This document shows positions 11,905-25,287 of a stretch of 64,000 bases of DNA, piece by piece (positions within the stretch are counted from its first letter, which is position 1; every line of letters starts with the position of its first letter). Under the pieces are notes generated by a model. It worked only from the letters and a program-made list of their open reading frames with translations, did no database searches and had not been told where the DNA came from. This DNA is from Macrostomum hystrix (taxonomy: Eukaryota > Animalia > Platyhelminthes), in contig CATNEN010000029.1 of assembly GCA_950097015.1 (NCBI GenBank), positions 3,286,001 through 3,350,000 on the forward strand, in the 5' to 3' direction. The position numbers and the translations under genes were made by a program.

Positions 11905-12890
11905 ATCGTTTGAGTCCTTTCTCTGTAGATCATTGTTTGAGTCCATTCTCTATAGATCATTGTTTGAGTCCATTCTCTATAGATCATTGTTTGAGTCCAT
12001 TCTCTATTGATCATTGTTTGAGTCCATTCTCTCTATCTATCTATCTATTTGCAGGGGGGCCCGGGGCACTTGTCGCACAAGCGACGGAGCGGCACGCCCC
12101 CAGACCGGCGAACTAGGCGCTTTTGCGCCCATCGCGCCGCCTCCCCTGAGCAGGCACCACACACAGCAGCACAGACCAGCCGGGGAGGGCAGGAGGCACC
12201 CAGAATAGGCAGCAGTGTCCCCCACCCCAGCCCCACACGCACATAGCAGACCAAGCCGGTAAGCTGATAAGAAATCAGTCCTCAGGGGGGGCCGGGTGAT
12301 GAGTGCAAACTTATCCAATCGCGCTGACGGAAGTCCAGAAAGCGCGCGGCGGTGTACACCCGCCCTCCAGCCACCCCCCGCAAGGTCTCACGCCCCAGCG
12401 CCAACGCACACAACTCACACAACGCAGAACAGGCACACAGAAGGTAGGAGCGAAGCTATTATTTCAAGCTTTGATTGCACGAAATATGGTGCACCTCCGC
12501 CGGTCGCTACTGTCCAGACCCCCCAACAAGTCCCGAAATTAATCGTGACTTGAAGGGTGAATCGAACTAGCGTCCTTTGGAGTGCGAGGCAGCGACGTTA
12601 GCCGCTGACCCACTCGCCCCCTTTTGAGTCCATTCTCTATTGATCATAATTTGAGTCATTTTATCTAGATCATCATTTGAGTCATTCTCTGTAGATTATC
12701 ATTTGAGTCCATTCTCTATTGATCATCATTTGAGTCCATTTTATGGTAGATCATCATTTGAGTCCATTCTCTGTAGATCATCATTTGAGTCCATTTTATG
12801 GTAGATCATCATTTGAGTCCATTCTCTGTAGATCATCATTTGAGTCCATTTTATGGTAGATCATCATTTGAGTCCATTCTCAGTATCATT
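11905..12890. repeat. 27-bp minisatellite interrupted by a SINE
   Basis: Unit TTTGAGTCCATTCTCTATAGATCATTG at 11905-12032 and again at 12622-12890. Confidence 0.9.
12033..12621 (-). mobile_element. tRNA-derived SINE, family 3, apparently full length, with (TAGA)n tail
   Basis: The minus strand starts GGGGGCGAGTGGGTCAGCGGCTAACG...CTAGTTCGATTCACC (A and B boxes) and ends in (ATAG)4 at 12033-12048. It is flanked by TTTGAGTCCATTCTCT on both sides (12017-12032 and 12623-12638). Confidence 0.7.
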
Positions 12891-13859
12891 ATTTGATTCA
12901 TGCTGTTTATGGTGGTCAGTGTAACACTGTGTTTCGCACTATCATCTGGTTCTTGATTCGTGTAGCCTTGAAAAGTTTTCAAATCAGTTTTCTCTACTCT
13001 GGCTGTGTATGCATATCATTTCAAGCATGAAATCTTAGAACAGTATATATTTATGAATGTTTGAGTACAATATTTACAATATTTCAGTGCCTTTATTAAC
13101 GGATTAGATGATAGAAAACAAATAATATTTACTGTCATCGCCTTAGGCTACAAATTGTTACCAGACTAATTGCACATTTTCTAGGAATTAGTCTGGCACA
13201 TAATGTATTGGCCTACTAAGGAGATGAACAGTCGGTCATTATCTTCTATCTGTATCATTGTTGCCTGCAAATTAGAACCATTGTCGTGTTTAAATCTGAA
13301 TGGAAGGAGGAACAGGTTGATCACTAAGCCAAAAAAGCAGCTGCTTTCCACTAGATGTGGACCTATTTTTATGGGCCAAGTCGGTTCAGTTTAGTTAAAA
13401 AGTACTTTGAGGATCTTAAACAGGAAGTGCATTTGGCATTTCGAAGAATGAGAGGGACTTCAATCGGCCAAAGCAAACTTAATCTCACTTGTCCTTATTT
13501 CCTTTAAGAGGAGCTTTAACTAATGTTAGATGTCGTTTAAGTGCGCGAACTTGAATTTCGAATGGAAATCGTCGGCACCTGCGGTTCCTGCAAAGTGGGC
13601 GGCCAATGACAAAATATCTTTGATAGAAGAAGCAATCAAAATAGACATCAACTCGGAACTGCACCCTTAACCACTTAGCTAATCGAATGGACAGGAATTC
13701 GAGGATTTTAGTATAGGCTAGGACAGACTGACGAAATCCTTGATCTGACAAACTTTGCTACTGTCCTAGTTGAATAATTGAAATAATAAAACTCTTCGGT
13801 CTAGGGGAGGAAAGTCACTAAAAACTTTCTGGAGCTAAAAAATGTGAAAAGACAAAAAT

Positions 13860-14075
13860 GATGAGATAGAAGACAGAGGAAATGAGAGAAAGGTGAGATG
13901 AGAGAAATGGGAGATGAGAGAAATGGGAGATGAGAGAAAGGTGAGATGGGAGAAAGGTGAGATGGGAGTAAGGTGAGATGGGAAAAATGTGCGATGGGAG
14001 AAAGGTGTGATGGGAGAAAGTTGAGATGAGAGAAATATGAGATGAGAGAAAGGTGAGATGGGAGAAGGGTGTGAT
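13860..14075. repeat. 16-bp purine-rich minisatellite
   Basis: Unit GAGATGGGAGAAAGGT and variants. Confidence 0.85.
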
Positions 14076-14654
14076 GAGACCAATATAGAGAGACAGTCAG
14101 AGTTGGAGCCAAGCCAAGAGAAGCACAGAGGCATAACAGTTGGGATAGGGGAGCAGCTAGCCGTTGACCAGTCACCCGAGTGAAAGCTGTCATCGAAAAT
14201 TCGCCCCATCTTAAAATCGGCTTCTCCATACCGTTATATCACTTGACCCCTCTTATTCCGCGCGTGAGTTCTTGCTATGCCCAGCTCGTTGTTCGTGACG
14301 GAGTGACCTTCATGCCTGCCCTCTGATGTGGAATCAGTTTTATCCGCAATCACGCCTGTCCAGCCTCCGGATAAGAACTCATTTCGGGGAATTTATAAGC
14401 CAGGGCGCTTCATCACAGCATGCCGTTGCACTCCCACGCACTTTGGGAGTGCGATATAAGAGTCGCTGCTTTTTGTGTCCTCAACTCAGCATTTAGCAAA
14501 TTTGCATCACACGCATCTGAAAACTTCATACGGCTTTTCAGTCCATTGACTGCGGCGAGACGCCCACTTATAATTACCCCGTCTAATGCTGGTAACCATT
14601 TAACAAGTTATGAGTCCGACGATCTAACCACTTGGCTACCACTGAGTCGTTAGA

Positions 14655-15435
14655 GAAGTGTTTGAGTCGTTAAATGAGTGTTTGAGTCCTTAGAGAATAT
14701 TTTGAGTCGTTAGAAAATCGTTTGAGTTGTTAGAGAAGTGTTTGAGTTCTTAGAGAGGCGTTTAAATTGTTACAGAAGCTTTTGATTAGCTTACAGAAGC
14801 GTTTGAGTCGTTAGAAACGCGTCTGAGTCGTTAGAAACGCGTTTGAGTCGTTAGAAACGCGTTTGAGTCGTTAGAAACGCGTTTGAGTCGTTAGAAACGC
14901 GTTTGAGTCGTTAGAAACGCGTTTGAGTCGTTAGAAACACGTCTGAGTCGTTAGAAACGCGTTTGAGTCGTTAGAAACGCATTTGAGTCGTTAGAAACGC
15001 GTTTGAGTCGTTAGAAACGCGTTTGAGTCGTTAGAAACGCGTTTGAGTCGTTAGAAACGCGTTTGAGTCGTTAGAAACGCGTTTGAGTCGTTAGAAACGC
15101 GTTTGAGTCGTTAGAAACGCATTTGAGTCGTTAGAAACGCGTTTGAGTCATTAGAAACGCGTTTGAGTCGTTAGAAACGCGTTTTTGTCGTTAGAGGAGC
15201 TTTTAATTCGTTTAAAGAAGCATTTGAGCCCGTTAGAAAAGCGTTTGAGTCGTTAGGGAAGTATTTGAGTCGTTAAAGAAGCATTTGAGTCGTTAAAGAA
15301 GTATTTGAGTCGTTAAAGAAGCGTTTGAGTCGTTAAAGAAGCGTTTGAGTCGTTAAAGAAGCGTTTGAGTCGTTAAAAACCGTTTGAGTTGTTATAGAAG
15401 TTTTTGATTCGTTTACAAAAGGGTTTGATTCGTTT
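14655..15435. repeat. 20-bp minisatellite
   Basis: Unit TTTGAGTCGTTAGAAACGCG; homogeneous core with diverged edges. Confidence 0.95.
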
Positions 15436-16374
15436 ATGGAAGTATTCGAGTCGTTAGAGAAGTGTTTGTCTCAAATAAAGTGACTCCATAGCGCCTCTTG
15501 TCAATACAGTGCTGTGTACAACGGCAGTTGGTGAAAATAGTTCTCCCAATTCTATTCAAAGTCAAAGTTTGCTGCCGCAGCGGGAGGCCAAGAAGCGAGT
15601 CAGAGAAACAGAGCCGCATAAGGCTTCTCTCAGCTTCGGGTGGCTTCATTAACTCGCGCCTTGACCAGCCATGCGACGAGGCGTGCCTACAGCGATGTCT
15701 CTCGCACAGACACCTTCCCTCATCCCGCACTCTCACGCCCCCATCTGGGCCTAGGCTATACGCGCTGTCTGTTTGCTGTGGACGCGAGAGATCCCCCCGT
15801 CCGAGCACAATTACTGCGCCTGACACTTGATAAGCCAGAGACTGAATCCCTCTGCCTACCCCCCAACCCCCAGCTCTCGCGCCTTTCAACACAAAAAAGG
15901 CTGCATGGATATGGAGAGAAAGATGGTTGCGCCAGAAATACAAGCGGCCAAGTAATACGTATGGAACACCGCCCAGATACCAGGCCTGATTTTTCAGTTC
16001 TAGCCGCATGTCACTTTTTTGCTATCTTTCTCATGCTATGCAAGTCCTTCTTACGCTAAAAAATCCCCTCTCCCATAACATCGTCACTTCTTTCTTTCTG
16101 GTTGCTTCCATCTAGGGGATCACGAGAGCTGGATTAAGCGAGGAAGCAAACTCAGGCATAGGAATTTGAAGCAAATGTCAACCCTCTTCTTTTATACATT
16201 CTCTAGCAGATTAATCTGGGAAAGCTGATTCTGTTAGTTCGAGACACAAGAAAACTCCTGCCTGATTTCGAATTGCTTTGAATATCCTTAGGCTATGCCC
16301 TCCTGATCGTTTGTTTTTTAGCTAGGATAGAAAGCCAAGGGGCTGCGACGTTAAATTTAGATGGCTGTAGCGGG

Positions 16375-16640
16375 GAGTGGGGTGGCTAGGACAGGGAGTG
16401 AGGTGGGTGGGCAGAGAGTAAGGTGGCTGGGGCAGGGAGTGAGGTGGCTGGGGCAGGGAGTGAGGTGGCTGGGGCAGAGAGTGAGGTGGCTGGGCAGAGA
16501 GTGAGGTGGCTGGGGCAGGGAGTGAGGTGGCTGAAGCATGGAGTAAGTTGGCTGGGGCAGGGAGTGAGGTGGCTAGGACATGGATAGAGGTGGCTGGGCA
16601 GAGAGTGAGGTGGCTAGGACAGGGAGTGAGGTGGCTGGGG
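16375..16640. repeat. ~21-bp G-rich minisatellite
   Basis: Unit GCTGGGGCAGGGAGTGAGGTG; same family as 18245-19035. Confidence 0.9.
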
Positions 16641-18244
16641 CCTGACAGTAGCATTCACGTCGTAACGATGCCTTTGATTTCTCAAATTTCTTTAGCCTAA
16701 TTTCACATCGATGTTACTCTCACAGCTTTATCACTTTTTAAAAGTTTCCCTTAAGCTCTTAATTAATATATCCTCTCAGCTTGTTTTTCGAAAAGCATCA
16801 GGATGCAAGCATCCTGCCTAAATTCCTTTTTACGGGTTTCGTTTTTTATTCCCTATAATCCCTTACATTAATTATATTTGAGTAGCATGAAACGTTGCTT
16901 TAACCTAAGCTTTTACTGAGTCATAATTTCCTGCGAAAACTCAGCTTTCTGAAAAACTTCGGGAACACCACGTGGTGATATTGCATTCTCACACAAGCAT
17001 TTTAGATGTACATCTTTAAGTACATTGCTGCTAGAATCATATTGATATGCATACCCCGTGCAACATACTTCCATTCTCTGCTTCTCTTTGCTTGCCCCAT
17101 ATCTAATTTTTCCCCCGATTCGGTCCCTCGCATTCTCAGTATCATCCCTCCTAACTACACTCCCTGTTAGCCCGTAATCTCTTTGCCTATAGCTGGCAAA
17201 AGAACTGACCCACTTACAAATAATACCCAGCTGCTGATGGCGGGATACTCAATACACTCGCTCAGACATTCTTCGAAGCCAATTTGCACTGCCATCTAGC
17301 AGCTCGGACTCCGTTGGCGATAATGGGAAGCGATCGAAACCCAGACTTATTGAGGTTTTAGAGTATCTGTGAGCCAATCGCGAGAGAGATGGGCGGAGTG
17401 GTAGAGAAGCAATTCTATACTATCCCATTCAATTCTAACCTAATAAACTCTACCCTACTCAGTTCTACCCTACTCGATTCTACCCAACTCAACTCTACCT
17501 ACTCAACTCTACCCTACTCAATTCTACCCTTCTCAATTTCCAAGAACCAACTTAAGAAACGACAGTGCCCTACTTAAGATAAAACGGCAGGGGCACGGAT
17601 TTACTAGGCAAGCGAGATGAGCAGATACTAAGAAATAATAGGGAAAACTAACTACCGAGCAGGGGACTCAGACAAAGCGAGGAGGCCCGTAGCTTAGCTG
17701 GGGAAGGCGGAGAAAGATGCGGCTGTAAGCGCGCCATTCGCCTCAATTTGTTCATCCCCCGTCAAAATTCCCAGCGGGAGGAGGCGGGGCAGGGATTCCG
17801 CAGAGAGACGCGAGCTTAGAGCGAATTGGGAAGGGGAGAATTGGGAAGGGGAGAATTGGGAACAGCTAGGCATTGTCAGTGACCCGAGTCGGACCTCTGA
17901 TTATAATTACGCGATAACTCTTCTCGGCATAGATGCGTAATCTTATTTTTGCGCAGCGCAACTTCAGTATGGAAAGAGTAGCCAGCTGATACATAGGCAA
18001 TATTTCCAATCAGATCGACCAAGCGAGTCGCCTCAGCCAATATCCATCCAAGTGTTACTCTAATCTAAGACAAGAAAAAAAAGCGCGCTAGACTAGGCCT
18101 AGGAATTAGCCTTCAGCGAATCGCTGCGCCGCTTAGATCGGCGCTCAAGCGTGTCTGACAATTTTTTTCTGCACGCTGAACTGCAAACAAGAGACTGAAC
18201 TGGAAAAGCCCCAACTGATACTAACGATCATTCACGAATTACGG

Positions 18245-19035
18245 AGTGAGGTGGCTGGGACAGGGAGTAAGGTTGTTTGGAAAGGGGGTGATGTGGCTGG
18301 GAAGGAATCAGGCGCCTGCGTAGGAGTGAGGTGGCTGGGACAGGGAGTAAGGTTGTTTGGACAGGGAGTGAGGTGGCTGGGAAGGAATGAGGTGTCTGGG
18401 ACAGGGAGTGAGGTTGTTTGGACAGGGAGTGAGGTGGCTGGGAAGGAATGAGGTGGCTGGGACAGGGAGTGAGGTTGTTTGGACAGGGAGTGAGGTTGTT
18501 TGGACAGGGAGTGAGGTTGTTTGGACAGGGAGTGAGGTTGTTTGGACAGGGAGTGAGGTTGTTTGGACAGGGAGTGAGGTTGTTTGGACAGGGAGTGAGG
18601 TGGCTGGGTAGAGAGTGAGGTTGTTTGGACAGGGAGTGAGGTTGTTTGGACAGGGAGTGAGGTTGTTTGGACAGGGAGTGAGGTGGCTGGGTAGAAATGA
18701 GGTGGCTGGGTAGAAGTGACGCTGGGTAGGAGTGAGGTGGCTTGGACAGGGAGTGAGGTGGCTGGGTAGGAGTGAGGTTGCTGGGTAGGAGTGAGGTGGC
18801 TGGGAAGGAGTGAGGTGGCGGGGTAGGAGTGAGGTGGCTGGGTAGGAGTGAGGTTGCTGGGTAGGAGTGAGGTGGCTGGGAAGGAGTGAGGTGGCGGGGT
18901 AGGAGTGAGGTGGCTGGGTAGGAGTGAGGTTGCTGGGTAGGAGTGAGGTGGCTGGGAAGGAATGAGGTGGCTGGGTAGGAGTGAGGAGGCTGGGTAGGAG
19001 TGAGGTGGCTAGGTAGGAGTGAGGTGTCTGGGTAG
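18245..19035. repeat. 18-21-bp G-rich minisatellite
   Basis: Units GGACAGGGAGTGAGGTTGTTT and GGGTAGGAGTGAGGTGGCT. Confidence 0.92.
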
Positions 19036-19869
19036 GAATGTAAAAGTAAAATAATCCAACTAAAGCCAATTTTGTTATTAGTTAGGAGCAAAGGAGTCAT
19101 TATTGCATCAAGTAAGTTGGCCAACCTCAAACGGATGGACAGTGTCTCAGAGTTTAGATCTCATCCAGTCCCTGTTGACATTTGCTTTGAAGTCTGCTAC
19201 CTGAATCAAACTTAAAGCTGCGACTTTGCTGACGTGTTCCTATTCGTAATTAGCTGCATCTTTCAATACCGTCATCAGCCTCACAGTAATGACTTTAACA
19301 TCCTTCATCCCTCGTGACAGTTCAAAAAAGTATATGCATCAGTTCGAGTCGCCATCAGCTCAGAATATAAGCTATTGTTTCAGCTTTTCAGGCTCAACTT
19401 AGGACAGAAAAAACGAAAAAACGAACATGTGGAGCCCGTTTGAGAACGGAACGCGTGAGGTAGAGAGTTTCTGACTCAATCTCACTTGATTTTAGCAATT
19501 CAAAACATGAGACGCATTTATAGCCAACTACAAAAGTCCTAAAATTAGATTTGCGATGTAGGAAAAAAATGTGCACAGATTGTTTTAGGCAAACATAGTT
19601 TTTCTTAATGTGCCTTGCACTGTTGAACGACTTGAGTCTCTAAGGTATGAAATCACGAATTACGAGTAAATCTGCATTCTCAGCCAAAGTCAACAACACG
19701 GCAGAGCAGTAGGGTCTCATAAATATTGTAAGCAAGATAATGACAACGTCTCCCAAAGTGCACTCGAGTTTCCTCATTCCGAGTCTAACAACTAAATTTC
19801 AGCAGCTAAAAAGCGAAATAAAAAATATATCTTGAGCTTTTGTCTGAAACCGTGGATAAATAACGCAGC

Positions 19870-20680
19870 AGGACTTGTAGCCCGAATTGCAACAAAAACT
19901 GTAGCTAGAATCGCAGCAGGATTCTTAGCTAGAATCGCAGCAGGCTTCTTAGCTAGAATTGCAACAAAAACTGTAGCTAGAATCGCAGCAGGATTCTTAG
20001 CTAGAATCGCAGCAGGCTTCTTAGCTAGAATTGCAACAAAAACTGTAGCTAGAATCGCAGCAGGATTCTTAGCTAGAATCGCAGCAGGCTTCTTAGCTAG
20101 AATCGCAGCAAAAACTGTAGCTAGAATCGCAGCAGGCTTCTTAGCTAGAATCGCAACAAAAACTGTAGCTAGAATCGCAGCAGGCTTCTTAGCTAGAATC
20201 GCAGCAAAAACTGTAGCTAGAATCGCAGCAGGCTTCTTAGCTAGAATCGCAACAAAAACTGTAGCTAGAATCGCAGCAAAAACTGTAGCTAGAATCGCAG
20301 CAAAAACTGTAGCTAGAATCGCAGCAAAAACTGTAGCTAGAATCGCAGCAGGACTTGTAGCCAGAATCGCAGCAGGATTCTTAGCTAGAATCGCAGCACG
20401 ATCTGTAGCTAGAATCAAAGCAGGATCCGTAGCGAGAATCGTTGCACAATCAGTTACGGGAATCGAAGCAGGATTCATAGCTGGAATCGCAGGCCTGTTT
20501 CTGGAATCGCAGCAGGCCTGTTCAAGGAATCGCAGCAGGCCTGTTTCTGGAATCGCAGTAGGCCTGTTTCTGGAATCGCAGCAGGCCTGTTTCTGGAATC
20601 GCAGCAGGCCTGTTTATAGAATCGAAACAGGCTTGTTTCTGGAATCGCAGCAGGCCTGTTTATAGAATCACAGCAGGCTT
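19870..20680. repeat. 23-24-bp minisatellite
   Basis: Units GCTAGAATCGCAGCAGGCTTCTTA and GCTAGAATCGCAACAAAAACTGTA, grading into GAATCGCAGCAGGCCTGTTTCTG. Confidence 0.92.
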
Positions 20681-21499
20681 TTTCTGCAATCACTACAGGA
20701 GACATTGCCGTTGACAAATGAATGTCATCAATTAACGTATTTTTAGTGAAAATATTTAAAAAACTATTTTTAATAAACCAGGCAGGATACCACACAAATC
20801 AGAAAAACAAATCGCGACCCGTTCTGCAGGAGCCAGGCACGGAACAGTCTCGTAGAAATTTCCACCCCCTTCACCGCCGGGGGGAAACTAGCAATAAATA
20901 ATTAATAAAAAGGGGAAATCTAACTGGGAAGATCAGAAAGGATGGGCATAGATGAAGATATGGAATGGGATGGGCGATGCCTTATAACTGGGTCGGCGGC
21001 TGGAACCCCACAGTCAGTGTGGCCGTATCTGACGGCGCCAAAAAAACGGGTGGAGGCGCGTGATAATGCCGAATTCGAACCACTGGATTGCGCTCTTTCA
21101 ATAATAGATCTCCTCCACAAGTTGAACTATTTTCGCTCGCCTCTCAGTAATTTCATCTGGCGCCGCAGTCGGGGGCGGAGCTTGGACTTTAGCATCTGGG
21201 AGCGCGTAATAATGCACACACGGAGAGTGAAAAAAAAGTGCAACAAGTCAAATCAGAGAGATCGATTTGCACTTTTGCATAATGATATAGTGCCACAGAT
21301 TTACTTTTTACAAGCGAGGTGCTTCGCGGTGTTCAATGGGCACGTGTTTTCCTAGAAAATATTTTCCTACGACTAGGCTGTTAAAATAAAAAAAACTGGG
21401 AAATTAATCAAGCAGATTAGAATTGTGTTGATATTTGATATTCCCATAGAGTGTATTCCCAGAATTGCTTGCATGCTTCGAAAGCAACGAGAATGTAGC

Positions 21500-22345
21500 G
21501 GTCAATCCTACCTGAAGGACTGAGGGAGGTATTGGTCAATCCTACCTGAAGGCCTGAGGGAGGTATTGGTCAATCCTACCTGAAGGCCTGAGGGAGGTAT
21601 TGGTCAATCCTACCTGAAGGACTGAGGGAGGTATTGTTCAATCCTACCTGAAGGACTGAGGGAGGTATTGTTCAATCCTACCTGAAGGACTGAGGGAGGT
21701 ATTGTTCAATCCTACCTGAAGGACTGAGGGAGGTATTGGTCAATCCTACCTGAAGGACTGAGGGAGGTATTGGTCAATCCTACCTGAAGGCCTGAGGGAG
21801 GTATTGGTCAATCCTACCTGAAGGCCTGAGGGAGGTATTGGTCAATCCTACCTGAAGGACTGAGGGAGGTATTGGTCAATCCTACCTGAAGGACTGAGGG
21901 AGGTATTGGTCAATCCTACCCGAAGGACTGAGGGAGGTATTGGTCAATCCTACCTGAAGGACTGAGGGAGGTATTGTTCAATCCTACCTGAAGGACTGAG
22001 GGAGGTATTGGTCAATCCTACCTGAAGGACTGAGGGAGGTATTGGTCAATCCTACCTGAAGGACTGAGGGAGGTATTGTTCAATCCTACCTGAAGGACTG
22101 AGGGAGGTATTGGTCAATCCTACCTGAAGGACTGAGGGAGATAGCAGTCAATCCTACCTGAAGGAGTGAGGGAGGTATTGGTCAATCCTACCTGAAGGAC
22201 TGAGGGAGGTATTGGTCAATCCTACCCGAAGGACTGAGGGAGGTATTGGTCAATCCTACCCAAAGGACTGAGGGAGGTATTGGTCAATCCTACCCGAAGG
22301 ACTGAGGGAGGTATTGGTCAATCCTACCCGAAGGACTGAGGGAGG
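21500..22345. repeat. 34-bp minisatellite
   Basis: Unit TGGTCAATCCTACCTGAAGGACTGAGGGAGGTAT, about 25 copies, no spacers. Confidence 0.97.
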
Positions 22346-22518
22346 TATTGGTCAATCCTACCTGGATTACAAATGCATTCCACTAAACCTGCAATCCATA
22401 AATCACAGCCATTTAGAAAGCAGCAGCTCCAGTCGCTATGCTATCGTGTCGTTGATTCTACCAAAATCAACACTCTGCTAATCAGCCGGTGGAATCGCAA
22501 CCTCCCGACATTCGCAGC

Positions 22519-24205
22519 ATGTCAAAGTTGACGCTGGACTGCAATGAAATCTGCGCCTGTCGCGATACCAACCAGCTGCAGTTGGGCGCCGCCTACACAG
22601 TTGACCACTACCGCGGCAGCAGCCCAGTGAACTTCTCAAACACCCAGTGCTTCCTGGGCGAGATGTTGCCCCAGGACGATAACTCCACCGACATCAATGT
22701 CAACGTGCTGATGAATAGCTACATGTCACCGCCAGTGATTGGCATCACCATGGTGACCAATATATTTGTGTGCATTGTGCTGACTCGCAAAAGCATGGTG
22801 TCACCAACCAATGTGCTGCTGTTGGCGATGGCCTTCGTCGACATGGTTACTGGTGAGGCGACCGGGGTTGGGTTACCTGCAACGGGTTGAGTTGGGTCGC
22901 CGGTGACGAATTGAGTTGGGTCACCTGTGAAGGGTTGAGTTGGGTCACCTGTGAAGGGTTGAGTTGGGTCACCGGTGACAGATTGAGTTGGGTCGCCGGT
23001 GAAGGGTTGAGTCGGGTCATCGGTTATGGATTGAGTTATGTCATCGGTTATGGATTGAGTTGGGTCACCGGTTATGGTTTGAGTTGGGTCACCGGTGATG
23101 ACAACCTCTCCTTTGAATTCCAGGTCTGATTCCGCTGCCCTGGTACCTGCTGATAGCCTACGCCAGAGGATGGGTCACCGCCGTGCTGTGCTCGAATCAC
23201 TACGTGGCTAACCTGCTGGATGTGATGGTCACAACAATGCCCACCATCTGTCACACGATCTCCATCTGGCTGACGGTGATGCTGGCAGCTCAGCGATGGA
23301 TCTACATCAGCTACCCGACCTCCGTGAAGCGAATCTGCAGTGTGCAAAAGTCCACCACAGCTGTCGCAGTGCTCAGCGCGCTCACAATCGTGTTCTACAG
23401 CGTCAGCCAACTTCTCTCCGGCTCCATATACTTCCGGATGCGACCAGTTGACGGCGGTGGCGTCGCGGTTGCCTCGTGCAGCGTCCAGGAGCATCGCAGC
23501 TACTACATGGCAGCAATGATAATCCGCGCTCTGCTAGTTAACATCGTCCCCTGCCTGCTACTCATCATCATAACGGCCCTGCTCATCCGGGGTCTCCATC
23601 GGGCCAGCAGGCGTCGACAGCAGCTGCTGCGCTGCGGCGGCGGCGGTGGCAGAGCAGCGGGCGGCGAGGAGCGCCGAGTCCGCCGGAATCCGTCCAGCAG
23701 GAAGCGCCGTGAAAAGGCGGGCACGACTCTCATGCTGACAATCATAGTGAGCATCTTCCTGCTGGTTGAGCTGCCGATGACCCTCATCATGACGGTGTTT
23801 GTGCTGATCCTGGCCGGCTTAGTTGATGACAACGCCTGGCTGCTGGTGAATCGCAGCTTCCCAGTCGTCAACTTTATCATCCTGGTGAGCTACCCGATCA
23901 ATTTCTTCATCTACTGCCTGATGTCCACGCAGTTCCGCCAGACATTCGCCAGCCTGTTCAGCGGACCGAACACCTCCCGGGGAGGTGTTGCAGGCGGCCG
24001 CCCGAGGCACGGCGGAGGCCTGCTGCCGGGGCCAAGCGGCATCGAGCTGAGCAGCCGAGCCGACGTCGAGACAGACTTTCGATCGTCCGTGTTCTGGCGC
24101 CGAAGAAGCAGCATACGTCTGGGCAGCAGCTTCGGCGGCGCGAATGAGCTGACAGTTCCTCTGCCTGCAGTTCACGCCAGTAGGAATCTGCAGGTGCCAG
24201 GTTAA
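22519..24205 (+). CDS. class A neuropeptide GPCR, sex-peptide/myoinhibitory-peptide (MIP) receptor-like; exons 22519..22852 and 23124..24205
   Basis: Seven hydrophobic segments: TM1-2 NIFVCIVLTRKSMVSPTNVLLLAMAFVDM, TM3 MPTICHTISIWLTVMLAAQRWIYI, TM6 TLMLTIIVSIFLLVELP, TM7 LVSYPINFFIYCLMSTQFR. Phase-1 intron with G|GTGAGG donor and TTCCAG|GT acceptor. Confidence 0.85.
22865..23097. repeat. 24-bp minisatellite filling the GPCR intron
   Basis: Unit TTGAGTTGGGTCACCTGTGAAGGG and variants. Confidence 0.9.
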
Positions 24206-24639
24206 TTGTAGGGACAATTTTTCTACACAAATTAAATTTTGGCGTTCTGTCTTTGACTTTTTGAACCTTTGAAAATCTCTGTATAATCGTATTCCGCGCT
24301 GAAGGAGACTTCGCAAGTTTTTTAGTTCGTTGCAAGGATGAACATAACTGTCAAACGCAGCAAGAAATTTAAGCTATCAAGCTCACAATAGCATAGATAA
24401 AAGCAACATTTAGACACCTGCCACAATGGGCCAGATGTGCTGCCTACTGCACACGTCTATCCGATGAAAAAAAACTTTTGAATCACAAAACATAGGCAAC
24501 CTAGAGATAATCAACGATTCCCGTCGAGGCGTCTGGCCACCAATATAGGCATAATTTCCACTCACAAAATTTCAAAATGTAACCATGGGGGCTATTACTA
24601 TTGAACATATTGTATTGATGTCATCAGGGTCTCTGACAA

Positions 24640-24760
24640 GTGGTGTTTCTACTGTTAACAGCTGTGTGAACTCAATATCCGAAATCGTTCCAGCAAAAGT
24701 CGGGAATCGAACCCGCAACCTCAAAGTCGTGATTCCGATGCCATAGCCACTAGGGTCAAA
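24640..24760 (-). mobile_element. SINE family 1 fragment
   Basis: Minus strand reads CCTAGTGGCTATGGCATCGGAATCACGACTTTGAGGTTGCGGGTTCGATTCCCGAC...GAGTTCACACAGCTGTTAAC. Confidence 0.6.
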
Positions 24761-25287
24761 CTATGGTTGCACTAGGTCAGTTGTGCAATCTCCTATTCTA
24801 TGGTAAACACTAGTTGTAATAGGTAACATTTTTGCTGTACAGATTGACTTCATGTCCTTTATGACTTTATGAAACAATTTTGAATTGCTTTTTTAAACAC
24901 TGTAACAGTAGGATGGTGATGTCGTCAATCCCACGTCTTTGCCCGGTTTTTGATCTTGTATCCGATTTTGTTTTAACAAAAGAATAAATAAAACCTTAGA
25001 AACTATTTGATCGCATTCTAGTCCAAGATGATTTCCAAGAAATCATTCAATGTCTTTAGCTCAGCAGAGAAGACATTTTCGTGCAGAAATTAATGACTCG
25101 CTTCTTTTGATCTTTCCTGGCGCCCCGCATCTTTGGGCTTCGCTACTTTGATTTCTGTCACGTGATTAGATTTTATTGTCGGAACGTTGCCAAATTGCTA
25201 GCGCCTTGACTGTCATTATCTGTACAATTGCGAAAATTGGTGCACAAGCGAACAGTTCCTCCATTACCCCTGCTTAAGTAAATAGGC

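Noticed and set aside
21500-22345. CRISPR-like periodic 34-bp repeats (also 57845-58590 and 60852-61399)
   Set aside because: Head-to-tail units with no unique spacers, no cas genes, and a eukaryotic context.
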